Source of the DNA: a virus
Lineage: Duplodnaviria; Caudoviricetes
IMG/VR virus record: IMGVR_UViG_637000339_000002
Direction: 5' to 3' (one strand)
DNA length: 64,000 bases
The position numbers and the translations under genes were made by a program. Shown here in pieces: positions 20,863-31,176 of the stretch. Under the pieces are notes generated by a model, which had not been told where the DNA came from, did no database searches, and saw nothing but the letters and a program-made list of their open reading frames with translations. How positions within the stretch are numbered: position 1 is the stretch's first letter; every line of letters starts with the position of its first letter.

Positions 20863-21555
20863 CTTGTAAAACTATATATTTTAACCTAGATAAGCTAGAT
20901 GCTGATTCTATGGACGATTTTCTCTGAATATGCAAAACTCATCTTGAACTACTACAAAATGTTAATTATAACAACAGAGAGGGCAAAAGCAATAAACACT
21001 TATATCAAAGGAAAAATTGATTAAGGGAAAAGTGAAACTTTTTAAAGGTTGTTTAATACCTTTACACCTGTGATTGTAGCACTAATGTTGTGCGATAAAT
21101 GTACAGTGAAAATGTCATCAGAAGTTACCCAATTATTGAGTAGTTTTTTTTACGGCGTCAAGACTCTTGCCAGCATAGAAAATATCAGTTCCTATATAAA
21201 TATCCTTATGGGCTAAAAGAAACTTCTATTGGTTGATAGAAAACAGAAAAAAACTATTTAAAAAGTATACTCAACAATATAACAAGGAAGCATAAGTTAG
21301 GAAAAGTAGTAGGCCGTTGATAAGGATTTGCCTATTTTCTCGATCAACTAGCTTTTGTATAAGTACTGATGGGTCAATATAAATGAGTAGTTCTGGGAAG
21401 CTTACTTTATCGGCTAATCTATATTAGCGTCATAGAGGATTTATATATTTCAAGCATGTTAATTATTTTTTCTGGATCATTTAGGAAACTATAGTAGACT
21501 TTACAACTCATTAATTATCACTTAACTTACCTCCTAGTAAGTTCTTGAGTTATGT

Positions 21556-22317
21556 ATGGATAACACGTTGATAATATTAGCAGCAGGAAAAAGCAGTAGA
21601 ATGAATTCACAGTACTCAAAAACACTACACCTAGTAGGAAATTTTACTCTTTTAGAGCATATAATTCACAATGCAAAACCGCTGAGTTTAAAAAGTCTAT
21701 CAATTGTCATTAACAAGCCTTTTCTAAAGGAGTTAGAAAGATTTAGTACCTTAAAAGATATAATTGATAAATATAATATAAAATTGATAATTCAAGAAAA
21801 TATTACAGGTACTGGCACTGCAGTTAAAATTGCCCTAGAAAGCCTGGAGCGGTTATCTGACCAAGACATAGTTTTAATACAGTACGGAGACACCCCGTTT
21901 ATATCTAGTGATACAGTTATGAGAATGACTGATTGTTTAAAGTGTAATAATAAAAATTTAGTTCTTCTTGGATTTAATAGTCAAGATAAGCAATATGGAA
22001 GATTAGTAATTGATGATAATGACAATGTTCAAAAAGTCTTGAAAAGTGAAGATGAAATTCTTCTTGCAAACTCTGGAATAATGGTTTCATACGCTAAAGA
22101 TCTTTATACCCTAATAAAAGAAGTAAAATTTAATGATTCGACCAACGAATGTTGTCTTAATGATATAATACCCATTGCAGCAAGCAATAACTTACGTGCA
22201 GGTTATGTAGTCGCTGACGAAAAGGAAGCAATGGGGGTAAATAACAAAGAGGATTTGGTCAAAGCAGAACGTTATTTTCAGGCAAATAGAAGAAGACAAC
22301 CAACCCTTCTTTCATAA
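21556..22317 (+). CDS. GlmU-like nucleotidyltransferase (N-terminal domain only)
   Basis: ILAAGKSSRM.S..SK.LH, GTGTAV, YGDTP, GVN motifs; no hexapeptide acetyltransferase domain. Confidence 0.85.
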   Translation: MDNTLIILAAGKSSRMNSQYSKTLHLVGNFTLLEHIIHNAKPLSLKSLSIVINKPFLKELERFSTLKDIIDKYNIKLIIQENITGTGTAVKIALESLERLSDQDIVLIQYGDTPFISSDTVMRMTDCLKCNNKNLVLLGFNSQDKQYGRLVIDDNDNVQKVLKSEDEILLANSGIMVSYAKDLYTLIKEVKFNDSTNECCLNDIIPIAASNNLRAGYVVADEKEAMGVNNKEDLVKAERYFQANRRRQPTLLS

Positions 22318-22351
22318 CTATATTTTTTTATTCATTGATCCTTAATTTAAG

Positions 22352-22381
22352 TTGACATTTGTTTGATACTAGTTTTATAAT
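22352..22381 (+). promoter_or_regulatory. Consensus sigma70 promoter for the 22449-33498 operon
   Basis: TTGACA, 18 nt, TATAAT; AGGGA SD-like sequence before ATG 22449. Confidence 0.7.
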
Positions 22382-22448
22382 GCTTTTTAAGTCTTACTTG
22401 TAAGATGATAGGTGTGAAAGATTTTCCTGGTTGTAGTGGGAGGGACAC

Positions 22449-23408
22449 ATGGGAATATTAATAACAGGTGCTGCAGGTTTGATAGGATCGGCTTTAGTAG
22501 AAAAGTTAGAAAAGCAGGGTTATGAAGTAATAAGCTGCGATATTAGGTTTCGCGACAACCCACTCAGTTTTTTTTCAGAAGATATAATGCCGCTACTCGC
22601 TAAGTGTACGGGGGTTATTCATCTGGCTGCAATTTCTAGAGTTATACATGGTGAGCTTTATCCTGAATTGTGCCAAAAAGTTAATGTCGATGGTACAATC
22701 CAATTCTTAGAATTCTGCAAGTCGCTTCCGAATAAACCATGGTTTATATATGCAAGCAGTAGAGAAGTATATGGAGAACAAAAGGAACTACCAGTTGCAG
22801 AGTCTGCTAGTATCAACCCAATAAATAATTACGCCAAAGGTAAAGCATTTATTGAAGAACAAGTAATAAATTTAAAAGGTTCTAACTTTAATGTAGCAAT
22901 ATTACGCTTCTCAAATGTATATGGTGGTTTACTAGATCATAGTAGTAGAGTAATTCCTGCACTCTGTATCAATGCATTGAAAGGCGATCCAATTAGGATA
23001 GAAGGTAAAGAATGTGTTTTTGATTTTACCTATTTGGATGATGTTATAGAGGGTATATACTTAACTGTTAAATATTTACAAAACGAGAAATCTTCTCTTC
23101 CTGCTATTCATCTTACTACTAATAGCCCATGTACTTTAGAAAACTTAGCAAAAACAATATTAAAAGTCACGGAAAGTGATTCTAGAATTGATTTTTATCC
23201 TCCAAGAAATTTTGACGTAACTAAGTTCCATGGTGATTTTACTAGAGCTAAAGAGCTACTTGGTTGGTCTCCAAAGCATTCATTAAAAGTAGGATTAGGT
23301 AAATTTATAAAAAGTCTACAAAACAATACACAAGAATATCCTAACAATATAGATATGGTAATATATGAAAATATTAAAAGTTATTCATGGTTACCCTCCT
23401 TATTATAG
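22449..23408 (+). CDS. NAD-dependent epimerase/dehydratase (extended SDR)
   Basis: TGAAGLIG, HLAA, SSREVYG, YAKGK, RFSNVYG. Confidence 0.9.
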   Translation: MGILITGAAGLIGSALVEKLEKQGYEVISCDIRFRDNPLSFFSEDIMPLLAKCTGVIHLAAISRVIHGELYPELCQKVNVDGTIQFLEFCKSLPNKPWFIYASSREVYGEQKELPVAESASINPINNYAKGKAFIEEQVINLKGSNFNVAILRFSNVYGGLLDHSSRVIPALCINALKGDPIRIEGKECVFDFTYLDDVIEGIYLTVKYLQNEKSSLPAIHLTTNSPCTLENLAKTILKVTESDSRIDFYPPRNFDVTKFHGDFTRAKELLGWSPKHSLKVGLGKFIKSLQNNTQEYPNNIDMVIYENIKSYSWLPSLL

Positions 23409-25701
23409 CGCTGGTTCGGAGGTTTACAGCCAAACTCTTGCCCATGAACTAGCCAATAATAATGAGGTACAAATATTTACTAGGCATGAAAACAGCTTCT
23501 TACCTGATTTCCATTATACTATAGCTCTGGACTGTAGTGATTCCCGGATCTTACTGAATTTAATTAATATACCTACAACTAAATATCGTTACAAATTTAT
23601 CAATGAAGAAGTAAATATAAAATTTAAAAGAATAATAGATAACTTTCAACCAGATCTTATACATTTTGGTCATCTTAATCATCTATCAATTACTTTACCA
23701 GAAGTTGCTTTTAAAGAAAATATACCTACAATTTTTACGCTACATGATTTTTGGTTAATGTGTCCAAGAGGAAGATTTATTCAACGTAATTCTGAAGATT
23801 TGTTACGGCTTTGTGATGGACAGAAGGATCAAAAATGTGCAACCCAATGTTACAAGGGGCATTTTACAGGAGATGAAGAATTCTTGAATTCAGACTTAAA
23901 TTATTGGGAACAATGGGTTGCAACTAGAATGAAGCAAACAAAGAAAGTAGTGGACTATATAGATTACTTCATTGCTCCGTCAAAATTCTTAATGGATAAA
24001 TTTACTCAAGACTTTAATGTTCCGATAAACAAAATTTCTTATCTTGATTATGGTTTTGATCTAAATCGTCTTAAGAATAGAAATAGGGTGCAAGAAAAAG
24101 GGTTTATTTTCGGTTATATAGGTACTCATACTCCCGAGAAAGGTGTTGACCTATTATTGAAGGCTTTTTCTCGCTTATCATCTAAAGCAAAACTTAGAAT
24201 TTGGGGAGCGGCAAGGGAAGAAACTAAAACTTTAAAAGCGATTGCCGATCAGTTTCCACATGCTGTTAAAGAAAGGATAGAATGGATGGGAAGTTATAAC
24301 AATAAAAATATAGTTACTGATGTATTTAATAAAGTTGATGCGATAGTTGTTCCTTCAATTTGGGGTGAAAATTCACCATTAGTAATACATGAAGCACAGC
24401 AACTGAGTGTACCAGTAATAACGGCTGATTATGGTGGCATGGCAGAATATGTAAGAGATGGAATAAACGGACTATTATTTAAGCATAGAGATACAAATAG
24501 TTTGTCAGAAAAAATGCAAGTCCTATCTACAGACCAGGAATTATACAGTGAACTGACCCAAAGAGGCTATCTTTATACTAAAAATGGTAATGTACCTTCT
24601 ATAAGTGAGCATACTGAGAAACTTAACAAAATTTACCGTAATATTATTGAAAATAAAGGCAAATCAGTGGCTACAAAACCTGGTCCTTGGAGAATTACTT
24701 TTGATACTAATCCAGATTACTGCAACTTTGCTTGTGTAATGTGTGAATGCTTTTCACCATATAGTAAAGTTAAAGAGGAGAAGAAAGCTAAAGGGATAAA
24801 ACCCAAGATAATGTCAATAGAAACTATCAGGAAGGTAATTAAGGAAGCAGATGGAACACCTTTAAGGGAAATCATTCCTTCTACTATGGGTGAGCCTTTA
24901 ATGTATAAAAGCTTTGATGAAATAATCAATTTGTGCCATGAGTTCGGCCTGAAGCTTAACCTCACGACCAATGGTTCTTTTCCTATTAAAGGAGCTAGAA
25001 AATGGGCTGAACTATTGGTACCAATTTTATCTGATGTTAAGATTTCCTGGAATGGGGCAACTAAAGAAACTCATGAAAGAATCATGAAAGGTTCAAAATG
25101 GGAAGTAGTGACAGAAAATTTAAAAACTTTCCTTGAAGTTAGAGATAAATACTTTAGCGATACAGGTGAAAGGTGTACCGTTACTTTACAATTAACATTT
25201 TTAGAAAGTAATTTACATGAACTTTACGACATAGTTGAGATGGCTATAAAAAATGGCATAGATAGAGTTAAAGGACATCATCTTTGGGCACATTTTAAGG
25301 AAATTAAGGATCTATCTATGAGGAGAGATGAATTAGCAATTAGTAGATGGAATACGGAGGTGGGAAGGTTATATGAACTTAGGGATAATATGCTATTGCC
25401 AAATGGTAAAAAGATAAAATTAGAAAATTTTACGATCCTTTCTCAAGAGGGTATCAAGGATTTGGCTCCAGGTGGTCAGTGCCCATTTTTAGGTAAAGAA
25501 GCATGGATAAACAATGAAGGCAAGTTTAGTCCCTGCTGTGCTCCAGATGAACTACGCAAAACATTAGGAGATTTTGGCAATGTTAATGAAGTTAAACTGG
25601 AGGAAATATGGCAAAGTAGCGAGTACCTAAACTTACAAAAGAATTATTTAAACTATGAATTATGCAAAACATGCAACATGAGAAAACCATTAGTCAATTA
25701 A
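23365..25701 (+). CDS. Glycosyltransferase family 4 fused to radical SAM with SPASM/twitch domain
   Basis: TLHDFW, EKG, PS.W.ENSP.V..EA GT4 motifs; CNFACVMC (CX3CX2C); C-terminal CP...PCC...GNV....L.EIW...CKTC. Confidence 0.88.
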   Translation: MKILKVIHGYPPYYSAGSEVYSQTLAHELANNNEVQIFTRHENSFLPDFHYTIALDCSDSRILLNLINIPTTKYRYKFINEEVNIKFKRIIDNFQPDLIHFGHLNHLSITLPEVAFKENIPTIFTLHDFWLMCPRGRFIQRNSEDLLRLCDGQKDQKCATQCYKGHFTGDEEFLNSDLNYWEQWVATRMKQTKKVVDYIDYFIAPSKFLMDKFTQDFNVPINKISYLDYGFDLNRLKNRNRVQEKGFIFGYIGTHTPEKGVDLLLKAFSRLSSKAKLRIWGAAREETKTLKAIADQFPHAVKERIEWMGSYNNKNIVTDVFNKVDAIVVPSIWGENSPLVIHEAQQLSVPVITADYGGMAEYVRDGINGLLFKHRDTNSLSEKMQVLSTDQELYSELTQRGYLYTKNGNVPSISEHTEKLNKIYRNIIENKGKSVATKPGPWRITFDTNPDYCNFACVMCECFSPYSKVKEEKKAKGIKPKIMSIETIRKVIKEADGTPLREIIPSTMGEPLMYKSFDEIINLCHEFGLKLNLTTNGSFPIKGARKWAELLVPILSDVKISWNGATKETHERIMKGSKWEVVTENLKTFLEVRDKYFSDTGERCTVTLQLTFLESNLHELYDIVEMAIKNGIDRVKGHHLWAHFKEIKDLSMRRDELAISRWNTEVGRLYELRDNMLLPNGKKIKLENFTILSQEGIKDLAPGGQCPFLGKEAWINNEGKFSPCCAPDELRKTLGDFGNVNEVKLEEIWQSSEYLNLQKNYLNYELCKTCNMRKPLVN

Positions 25702-27356
25702 TGAAAGATAGTGAGTACCTTAAATCTATTAGGGTTTCCCCCTGTGAAAGGTTTCACCAATTGTCAGAAAATCCTTTGTACAAAAATAGATTTATTAGAG
25801 TTGATAAATTTCACGAGCCTGGCCTTGCACCAGTTTATGATGAGACAGGCGCTTATCACATCGATGCAATGGGAGAAGCAATTTATCGCGACAGATTTTT
25901 AAAAACTTTTGGATTTTACTGCAATAGAGCAGCCGTAGAAGATGACACAGGGTATTACCATATTGATCCATCTGGATGTAGAGTATACAAACATTCGTAT
26001 CAATGGATTGGAAATTACCAAGAAGATATTTGTGTGATTAGAAAGCATGATAAGTTTTTTCATATTGATTTGAACGGCAATAGAGTTTATGAGCAAGAAT
26101 ACAATTATGTTGGGGATTTTAAGGATGGTATCGCTGTAGTCCATAAAGATGGTAAGGCTACACATATTAATAATCATGGAAAGTTAGTACATAATAAATG
26201 GTATAAAAAGCTTAATGTTTTTCATAAAGGATTTGCTATTGCAGAAGATAAGCATGGCTGGTTTCATATAGATATTAATGGCAATCCTGTTTACCGGCAA
26301 AGATTTAAAATGGTAGAAGCATTCTATAATGGCATGGCAAAAGTTGAAACTTTTGAAGGTGTATTAGGACAGATCGATATTACCGGAAACGTAAAGTTTA
26401 GTATTTTTGATTTAGATAAAGAATCTCAAGTGCATAAGATTTCTGCAGAACTTTCAGCCTTTTGGAAAACTTACCTCGCAAATGTTGCTATTGAACTTGA
26501 TTTGTTAAATATCTTACCTGCAACTATGCCAGTTTTATCTCAAAAGTTAAATATTATCGTTCCAAATCTAGAAAGGCTGTTAAGGGCGTTGTGGGAAATA
26601 GGGTTTATTGATTACGATAAGAACAAGGACTTATGGCAACTATCATCAAAAGGTAAGTGTTTTAAGGAAATACCATTTTTGCCTAAAGCAGCAGCAATGT
26701 GGGCAAGGGTTGCCGCTGAAAAGAATTGGTTAAAAATTGCCGATATATTAAGGCAGGAGTCAATATCTTCATTTGAATCTTTTAAGGAGAAAGAAACATC
26801 AGAAGACAGGAAAATAGCGTTTTACCAAGCATTGCTAGGATATTCCAGGTTTGACACTAAAGAGTTTAATTCTAGGGTTAATATAGATGGTGCTAAAAAT
26901 ATATTGCTATTTGGCGTACACTCTTTATTTCTTGCTTATTCTGATATACACAATAAAGGTTCTATAGGCTTATATTATTACAACGAACATAAAGTGCCTA
27001 GGCAGGCAGTAGAAGATTTAAAAATTAAACTCATAACTCAAGAAGAATTATCAGCTACAAATTATGAATTAGGTGTCTTTTGCCGCTTTCTGCAGCATTA
27101 TGATGATGATAAGGTATTGTCTTATTTAAAATTGGTAAAAAATAAAGGAATACCACGCGTTTTAGTGATAGAAACTATCCTAGATTACTACTCCCCAGTG
27201 GGAGGTTCTGTAGATATTAATGTAATGGTTGAAACAGGGGGTAAACTAAGAACATTGAGCGATTGGAAAAGAATACTAAAACAAGTAAAAGGGCTTAAAG
27301 TTTTTAGTATTGTACCTTTAACAGATTATTTATCAGTTATTGACATTAGGTGTTAA
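25701..27356 (+). CDS. WG-repeat protein fused to O-methyltransferase-like domain
   Basis: Repeats F..G.A.V.....(Y/F)HID..G; dimerisation-like AIELDL...LERLLRAL; RFLQHYDD and ETGGKLRT; TAATG coupling at 25701. Confidence 0.7.
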   Translation: MKDSEYLKSIRVSPCERFHQLSENPLYKNRFIRVDKFHEPGLAPVYDETGAYHIDAMGEAIYRDRFLKTFGFYCNRAAVEDDTGYYHIDPSGCRVYKHSYQWIGNYQEDICVIRKHDKFFHIDLNGNRVYEQEYNYVGDFKDGIAVVHKDGKATHINNHGKLVHNKWYKKLNVFHKGFAIAEDKHGWFHIDINGNPVYRQRFKMVEAFYNGMAKVETFEGVLGQIDITGNVKFSIFDLDKESQVHKISAELSAFWKTYLANVAIELDLLNILPATMPVLSQKLNIIVPNLERLLRALWEIGFIDYDKNKDLWQLSSKGKCFKEIPFLPKAAAMWARVAAEKNWLKIADILRQESISSFESFKEKETSEDRKIAFYQALLGYSRFDTKEFNSRVNIDGAKNILLFGVHSLFLAYSDIHNKGSIGLYYYNEHKVPRQAVEDLKIKLITQEELSATNYELGVFCRFLQHYDDDKVLSYLKLVKNKGIPRVLVIETILDYYSPVGGSVDINVMVETGGKLRTLSDWKRILKQVKGLKVFSIVPLTDYLSVIDIRC

Positions 27357-27359
27357 TAT

Positions 27360-28349
27360 ATGAAAGCATTGCAAAAAAATGGTTTTTTTATTATCAAAAA
27401 TCTAGTTCCTTTAGAGTTAATAACTCAGTCTTTAAATGATATAATAAGCAAGATATCAAAGTTATCTCAAGAATTAGGTGTTTCAACTTCTGACTATTTA
27501 AACTGCACTGGAAGATGGGGTACATCATCTCAGGTAACTAGAATTGTATCTCAAGTATTAGATAAAATTATTAAAAATTATCTTGAAAAGTCACTTCAAT
27601 GCCAGATACTGCAGAACAAATCAAATGTTATATGTAAAACTGCTGATTTAATAGATGCAGTTCCCTTCCATCAGGACATCTCTTATAGCTTTAATGACCC
27701 TTATCATTTTTCTGTTTGGCTAGCTTTGAATAATGTCAATAAAACTTCAGGTGCACTACAAGTTATAGAAGATAGTCACAACTGGAAAATACAGCCTCTA
27801 GTTGATTTTTGGCATCCATACTTTTTGGATCAATACTCGGATAACCGGGAAAATTATAAAATTAAGTCACTACCTATTTCAGCAGGAGATGCGATAGTTT
27901 TTGATTCACGGTTATGGCATGGTAGTGATAAGAATATAGATGCTAAAGATAGGTTTGCTTATGTTACGAGATGGGTTGTAAAAGATAAAAGTCTTCCTTG
28001 TGTGCCAAAACCTCAGCCTTCAGTTTTTGGTATATTAAACTGTGGTGCATTAACAGAATTTATACTGAGAGAATACTTATCATTATTTCGTCGCCAGGAA
28101 AGTATAAAAACAAAAAATATGGAAGAACTTATTAAGAGCTGGTTAGCCTTTATTACAGACACAACTACAAATATTTCTGAGGTCAACACTGCTGAAGCTA
28201 AGCGAGATTTATATAAGCTGCTTATTCTGAATCAAGCGTCAGCACTACATGATGCTGGAGACATTTCAGGAAAAATATACAAAAATTTATGGTTTTCACT
28301 GCTTGTATTTCTCAATAAAAAAGTCAATGTGGTGGAGCTAGCATTATAA
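27360..28349 (+). CDS. PhyH-family Fe(II)/2-oxoglutarate dioxygenase
   Basis: PFHQD, SVWLAL, GDAIVF...WHGS...R (HxD...H triad). Confidence 0.88.
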   Translation: MKALQKNGFFIIKNLVPLELITQSLNDIISKISKLSQELGVSTSDYLNCTGRWGTSSQVTRIVSQVLDKIIKNYLEKSLQCQILQNKSNVICKTADLIDAVPFHQDISYSFNDPYHFSVWLALNNVNKTSGALQVIEDSHNWKIQPLVDFWHPYFLDQYSDNRENYKIKSLPISAGDAIVFDSRLWHGSDKNIDAKDRFAYVTRWVVKDKSLPCVPKPQPSVFGILNCGALTEFILREYLSLFRRQESIKTKNMEELIKSWLAFITDTTTNISEVNTAEAKRDLYKLLILNQASALHDAGDISGKIYKNLWFSLLVFLNKKVNVVELAL

Positions 28350-30125
28350 ATGAACAAAAGTAGAGTTGGTAGTTTCAAGTATATATTGGTGTTCATTTTG
28401 AATATCTTATCCAAGTTTAAGCTTAATGTGCTTGTAATGTTCCTGGTTGCCCTAGTAGTGGCTATTGATTTATCTTTTAGAAAGTATGTAGTAAAAAATA
28501 TCTTAGATACAGCTGTAAAATATCAAGAAGGTAATGTAATTGAAAATCTTTTATTACCTGTAAGCGCTTATGTTTGTATGGCATTACTTATTACTACTGC
28601 TTTTAGATTCTATGGCTATTTTGTTGACATTCGAATGTTTACCTCAATGCGTCAAAAAATAGCTGATATGTCTTTTTACAGGCTGCTTCAGCAAGACCAT
28701 TCCTATTATCAAAACAACCTATCCGGAAGTTTAGTATATAAGGTCAGTAACTTAATGGATAGTGTGATAGAGCTAATAAGACTGCTTATAGACTGTTTCT
28801 TTAGTTATAGTATAGCATTAATCTTGGCTATTTATACTTTATCACTAGTAAATATAAAGTTTGCAATAGCTACATTCATTTGGGTGAACATTTTTATTTT
28901 GATTTCGGTTTTCAGTTTTCGGGTGCTTACCGGATTAGCCGATGATCATTCTAAACAAAGTTCACAAGTAATAGCGGGTATAGCCGACAGTATTTTAAAT
29001 GTTATATCAGTAAGGTTATTTTCTCGGCAAGCGCATGAGAGGCATAAATTTTTTCAAGTATGCAAGAAAAAAACTATTGCAGAAAGAAAATTACAATGGG
29101 CATACTTTTGGCTTTGGTTTATATATGGCTATTCATTTGATATACTCCAAGCAGTAAACTTGTATTTTTTAATTCATGATTATCAATTGAACAAGATTGC
29201 AATAGGAGATATTGCTCTTGTACTTGGAATTAATATATCGATTATAGAGTTTCTTAACCATCTAACTAGGAATCTTACCCAATTTTCTACTCATTTCGGC
29301 AAAGTTTCAGATGCATTGCCAATCTTGACTACCGTACCAGAAATTCAAGATAAGGAAAATGCTAAAAAATTAAATTTATTAAGTGGAAGAATAACGTTTA
29401 ATAATGTTTCTTTTTCTTATGAGGGTCAGAAGTCATTATTTCAAGATTTTTCAGTTACCATTAATCCTTGCGAAAAGGTAGGTCTAGTTGGTTATTCTGG
29501 AGGTGGTAAATCTACTTTTATAAACTTAATCATAAGGCTATTTGATGTTAAAAAAGGTAATATACAGATTGATAATCAAGTAGTATCGGAAGTTACACAG
29601 AGTTCTTTGAGGCAACAAATATCTGTAATACCTCAAGAACCATTGTTGTTTCATGATACTATTTTAGCAAATATTATATATGGTAAACTTCAATCTACTA
29701 TCGAAGAAATAATAAGAGCTGCAAAGCTGGCTGGTATTCACGATTTCATTATGACTCTACCCGATCAATATGAAACTGTAGTCGGAGAAAAAGGCATAAA
29801 GCTATCTGGAGGGGAAAGACAAAGAATAATCATAGCGAGAGCATTTCTAAAAAACGCTCCGATATTATTTTTCGATGAGCCAACTAGTCAGTTAGATTCT
29901 ATAACAGAGAAAACAATTCAAATGAGTTTATTTAAGTTGATGGAAAATAAAACCACCATTACTATAGCACACCGTATTTCTACACTTTTACATATGGACC
30001 GAATTCTAGTATTTAACAAAGGAAAAATTGTCCAAGATGGTAAACACGCTGAATTAGTTTCTAAGCAAGGTCTTTACAAGGAACTTTGGAATGCTCAAAT
30101 TGGTTGTTTGAATGGCAAAAAATAA
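28350..30125 (+). CDS. ABC exporter (fused permease and ATPase)
   Basis: N-terminal TM domain; GYSGGGKS, LSGGERQR, FFDEPTS, IAHR. Confidence 0.95.
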   Translation: MNKSRVGSFKYILVFILNILSKFKLNVLVMFLVALVVAIDLSFRKYVVKNILDTAVKYQEGNVIENLLLPVSAYVCMALLITTAFRFYGYFVDIRMFTSMRQKIADMSFYRLLQQDHSYYQNNLSGSLVYKVSNLMDSVIELIRLLIDCFFSYSIALILAIYTLSLVNIKFAIATFIWVNIFILISVFSFRVLTGLADDHSKQSSQVIAGIADSILNVISVRLFSRQAHERHKFFQVCKKKTIAERKLQWAYFWLWFIYGYSFDILQAVNLYFLIHDYQLNKIAIGDIALVLGINISIIEFLNHLTRNLTQFSTHFGKVSDALPILTTVPEIQDKENAKKLNLLSGRITFNNVSFSYEGQKSLFQDFSVTINPCEKVGLVGYSGGGKSTFINLIIRLFDVKKGNIQIDNQVVSEVTQSSLRQQISVIPQEPLLFHDTILANIIYGKLQSTIEEIIRAAKLAGIHDFIMTLPDQYETVVGEKGIKLSGGERQRIIIARAFLKNAPILFFDEPTSQLDSITEKTIQMSLFKLMENKTTITIAHRISTLLHMDRILVFNKGKIVQDGKHAELVSKQGLYKELWNAQIGCLNGKK

Positions 30126-31176
30126 GATGGAAAAAATTATTGATCTGAGAAGTGACACTACAACTCTGCAGAGCTCCAACGTTATACATGCAATAAGTAA
30201 TGCAACTGTTGGAGATTTTGCTTATGGTGAAGACAAAAGCTGTAATGACTTATCAGAATATTGCAAACAATTATTCAAAGTAGAAGAAGCATTATTTGCA
30301 ACCAGCGGTATGCTTGCAAATAGATTAGCCATTGCCAGTCAAACAAGTCCTGGTGATGAACTAATAACTCATTATAATTATCACGTTAATTTTTTCGATA
30401 GCGCAGGCAATGCAAAAGTAAATAATATCGTATTTAATTGTATTAGAAATAATAGCGGAATCTTAGATGTTGCTGAAGTAGAATATGCTATTAATTCTAA
30501 GCCAAGGTACAAAATTTTTGCTCAGGTGAGTCTTGTTTCTATAGAAAATAGTATAAACGGGTTTAATGGTAAAATTTATCCTTTTGAAAAACAAGTCGAG
30601 TTATATCACTTTTTAAAAGCTCACAATGTAAATCTTCATTTAGACGGTGCAAGAATATTTAATGCTCATGTCGAAACAAATATTGCTTTAGCAGATTATG
30701 CTAAATATGTGGATACAATGAGCTTTTCTTTTACCAAAGGACTGGGAGCTCCTTTTGGTTCAATGCTTATGGGTAAAAGAGAGATAATTGAAAGGGCTAA
30801 AAAGCTACAGGTTTGGCTAGGTAGTGGTTATCATCAGATAGGGTATTGTGCTAATGCAGCAAAGTATGTACTACAGAACAATATTTCTAGGCTTAAAGAA
30901 GACAATAAACTCGCCAAACTGTTTGCAGACAAGATTAAGGAAATTCCACACATAAAACTGGTACTACCTTATCCAGAAACTAATATAGTAAGCTTTAGTA
31001 TAAAAGCACTAAATGTAACTAATGAGGTTTTCTTGAGTAAGTGCCAAGCTTATGGTTTATTGCTTTTTCCTTGGCTCGAGTCTCATATAAGAGCAGTTAC
31101 CCATCTTGGCACAAAGGAAACAGACATCATGAAAGCTGCTGAAATTATAAAGGAGGTTGTGTTAAATTTAATATGA
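30112..31176 (+). CDS. Low-specificity threonine aldolase family protein (PLP), copy 1
   Basis: DLRSDT, SG..AN, HLDGARIFNA, F.KGLGAP.G. Confidence 0.9.
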   Translation: MAKNKMEKIIDLRSDTTTLQSSNVIHAISNATVGDFAYGEDKSCNDLSEYCKQLFKVEEALFATSGMLANRLAIASQTSPGDELITHYNYHVNFFDSAGNAKVNNIVFNCIRNNSGILDVAEVEYAINSKPRYKIFAQVSLVSIENSINGFNGKIYPFEKQVELYHFLKAHNVNLHLDGARIFNAHVETNIALADYAKYVDTMSFSFTKGLGAPFGSMLMGKREIIERAKKLQVWLGSGYHQIGYCANAAKYVLQNNISRLKEDNKLAKLFADKIKEIPHIKLVLPYPETNIVSFSIKALNVTNEVFLSKCQAYGLLLFPWLESHIRAVTHLGTKETDIMKAAEIIKEVVLNLI

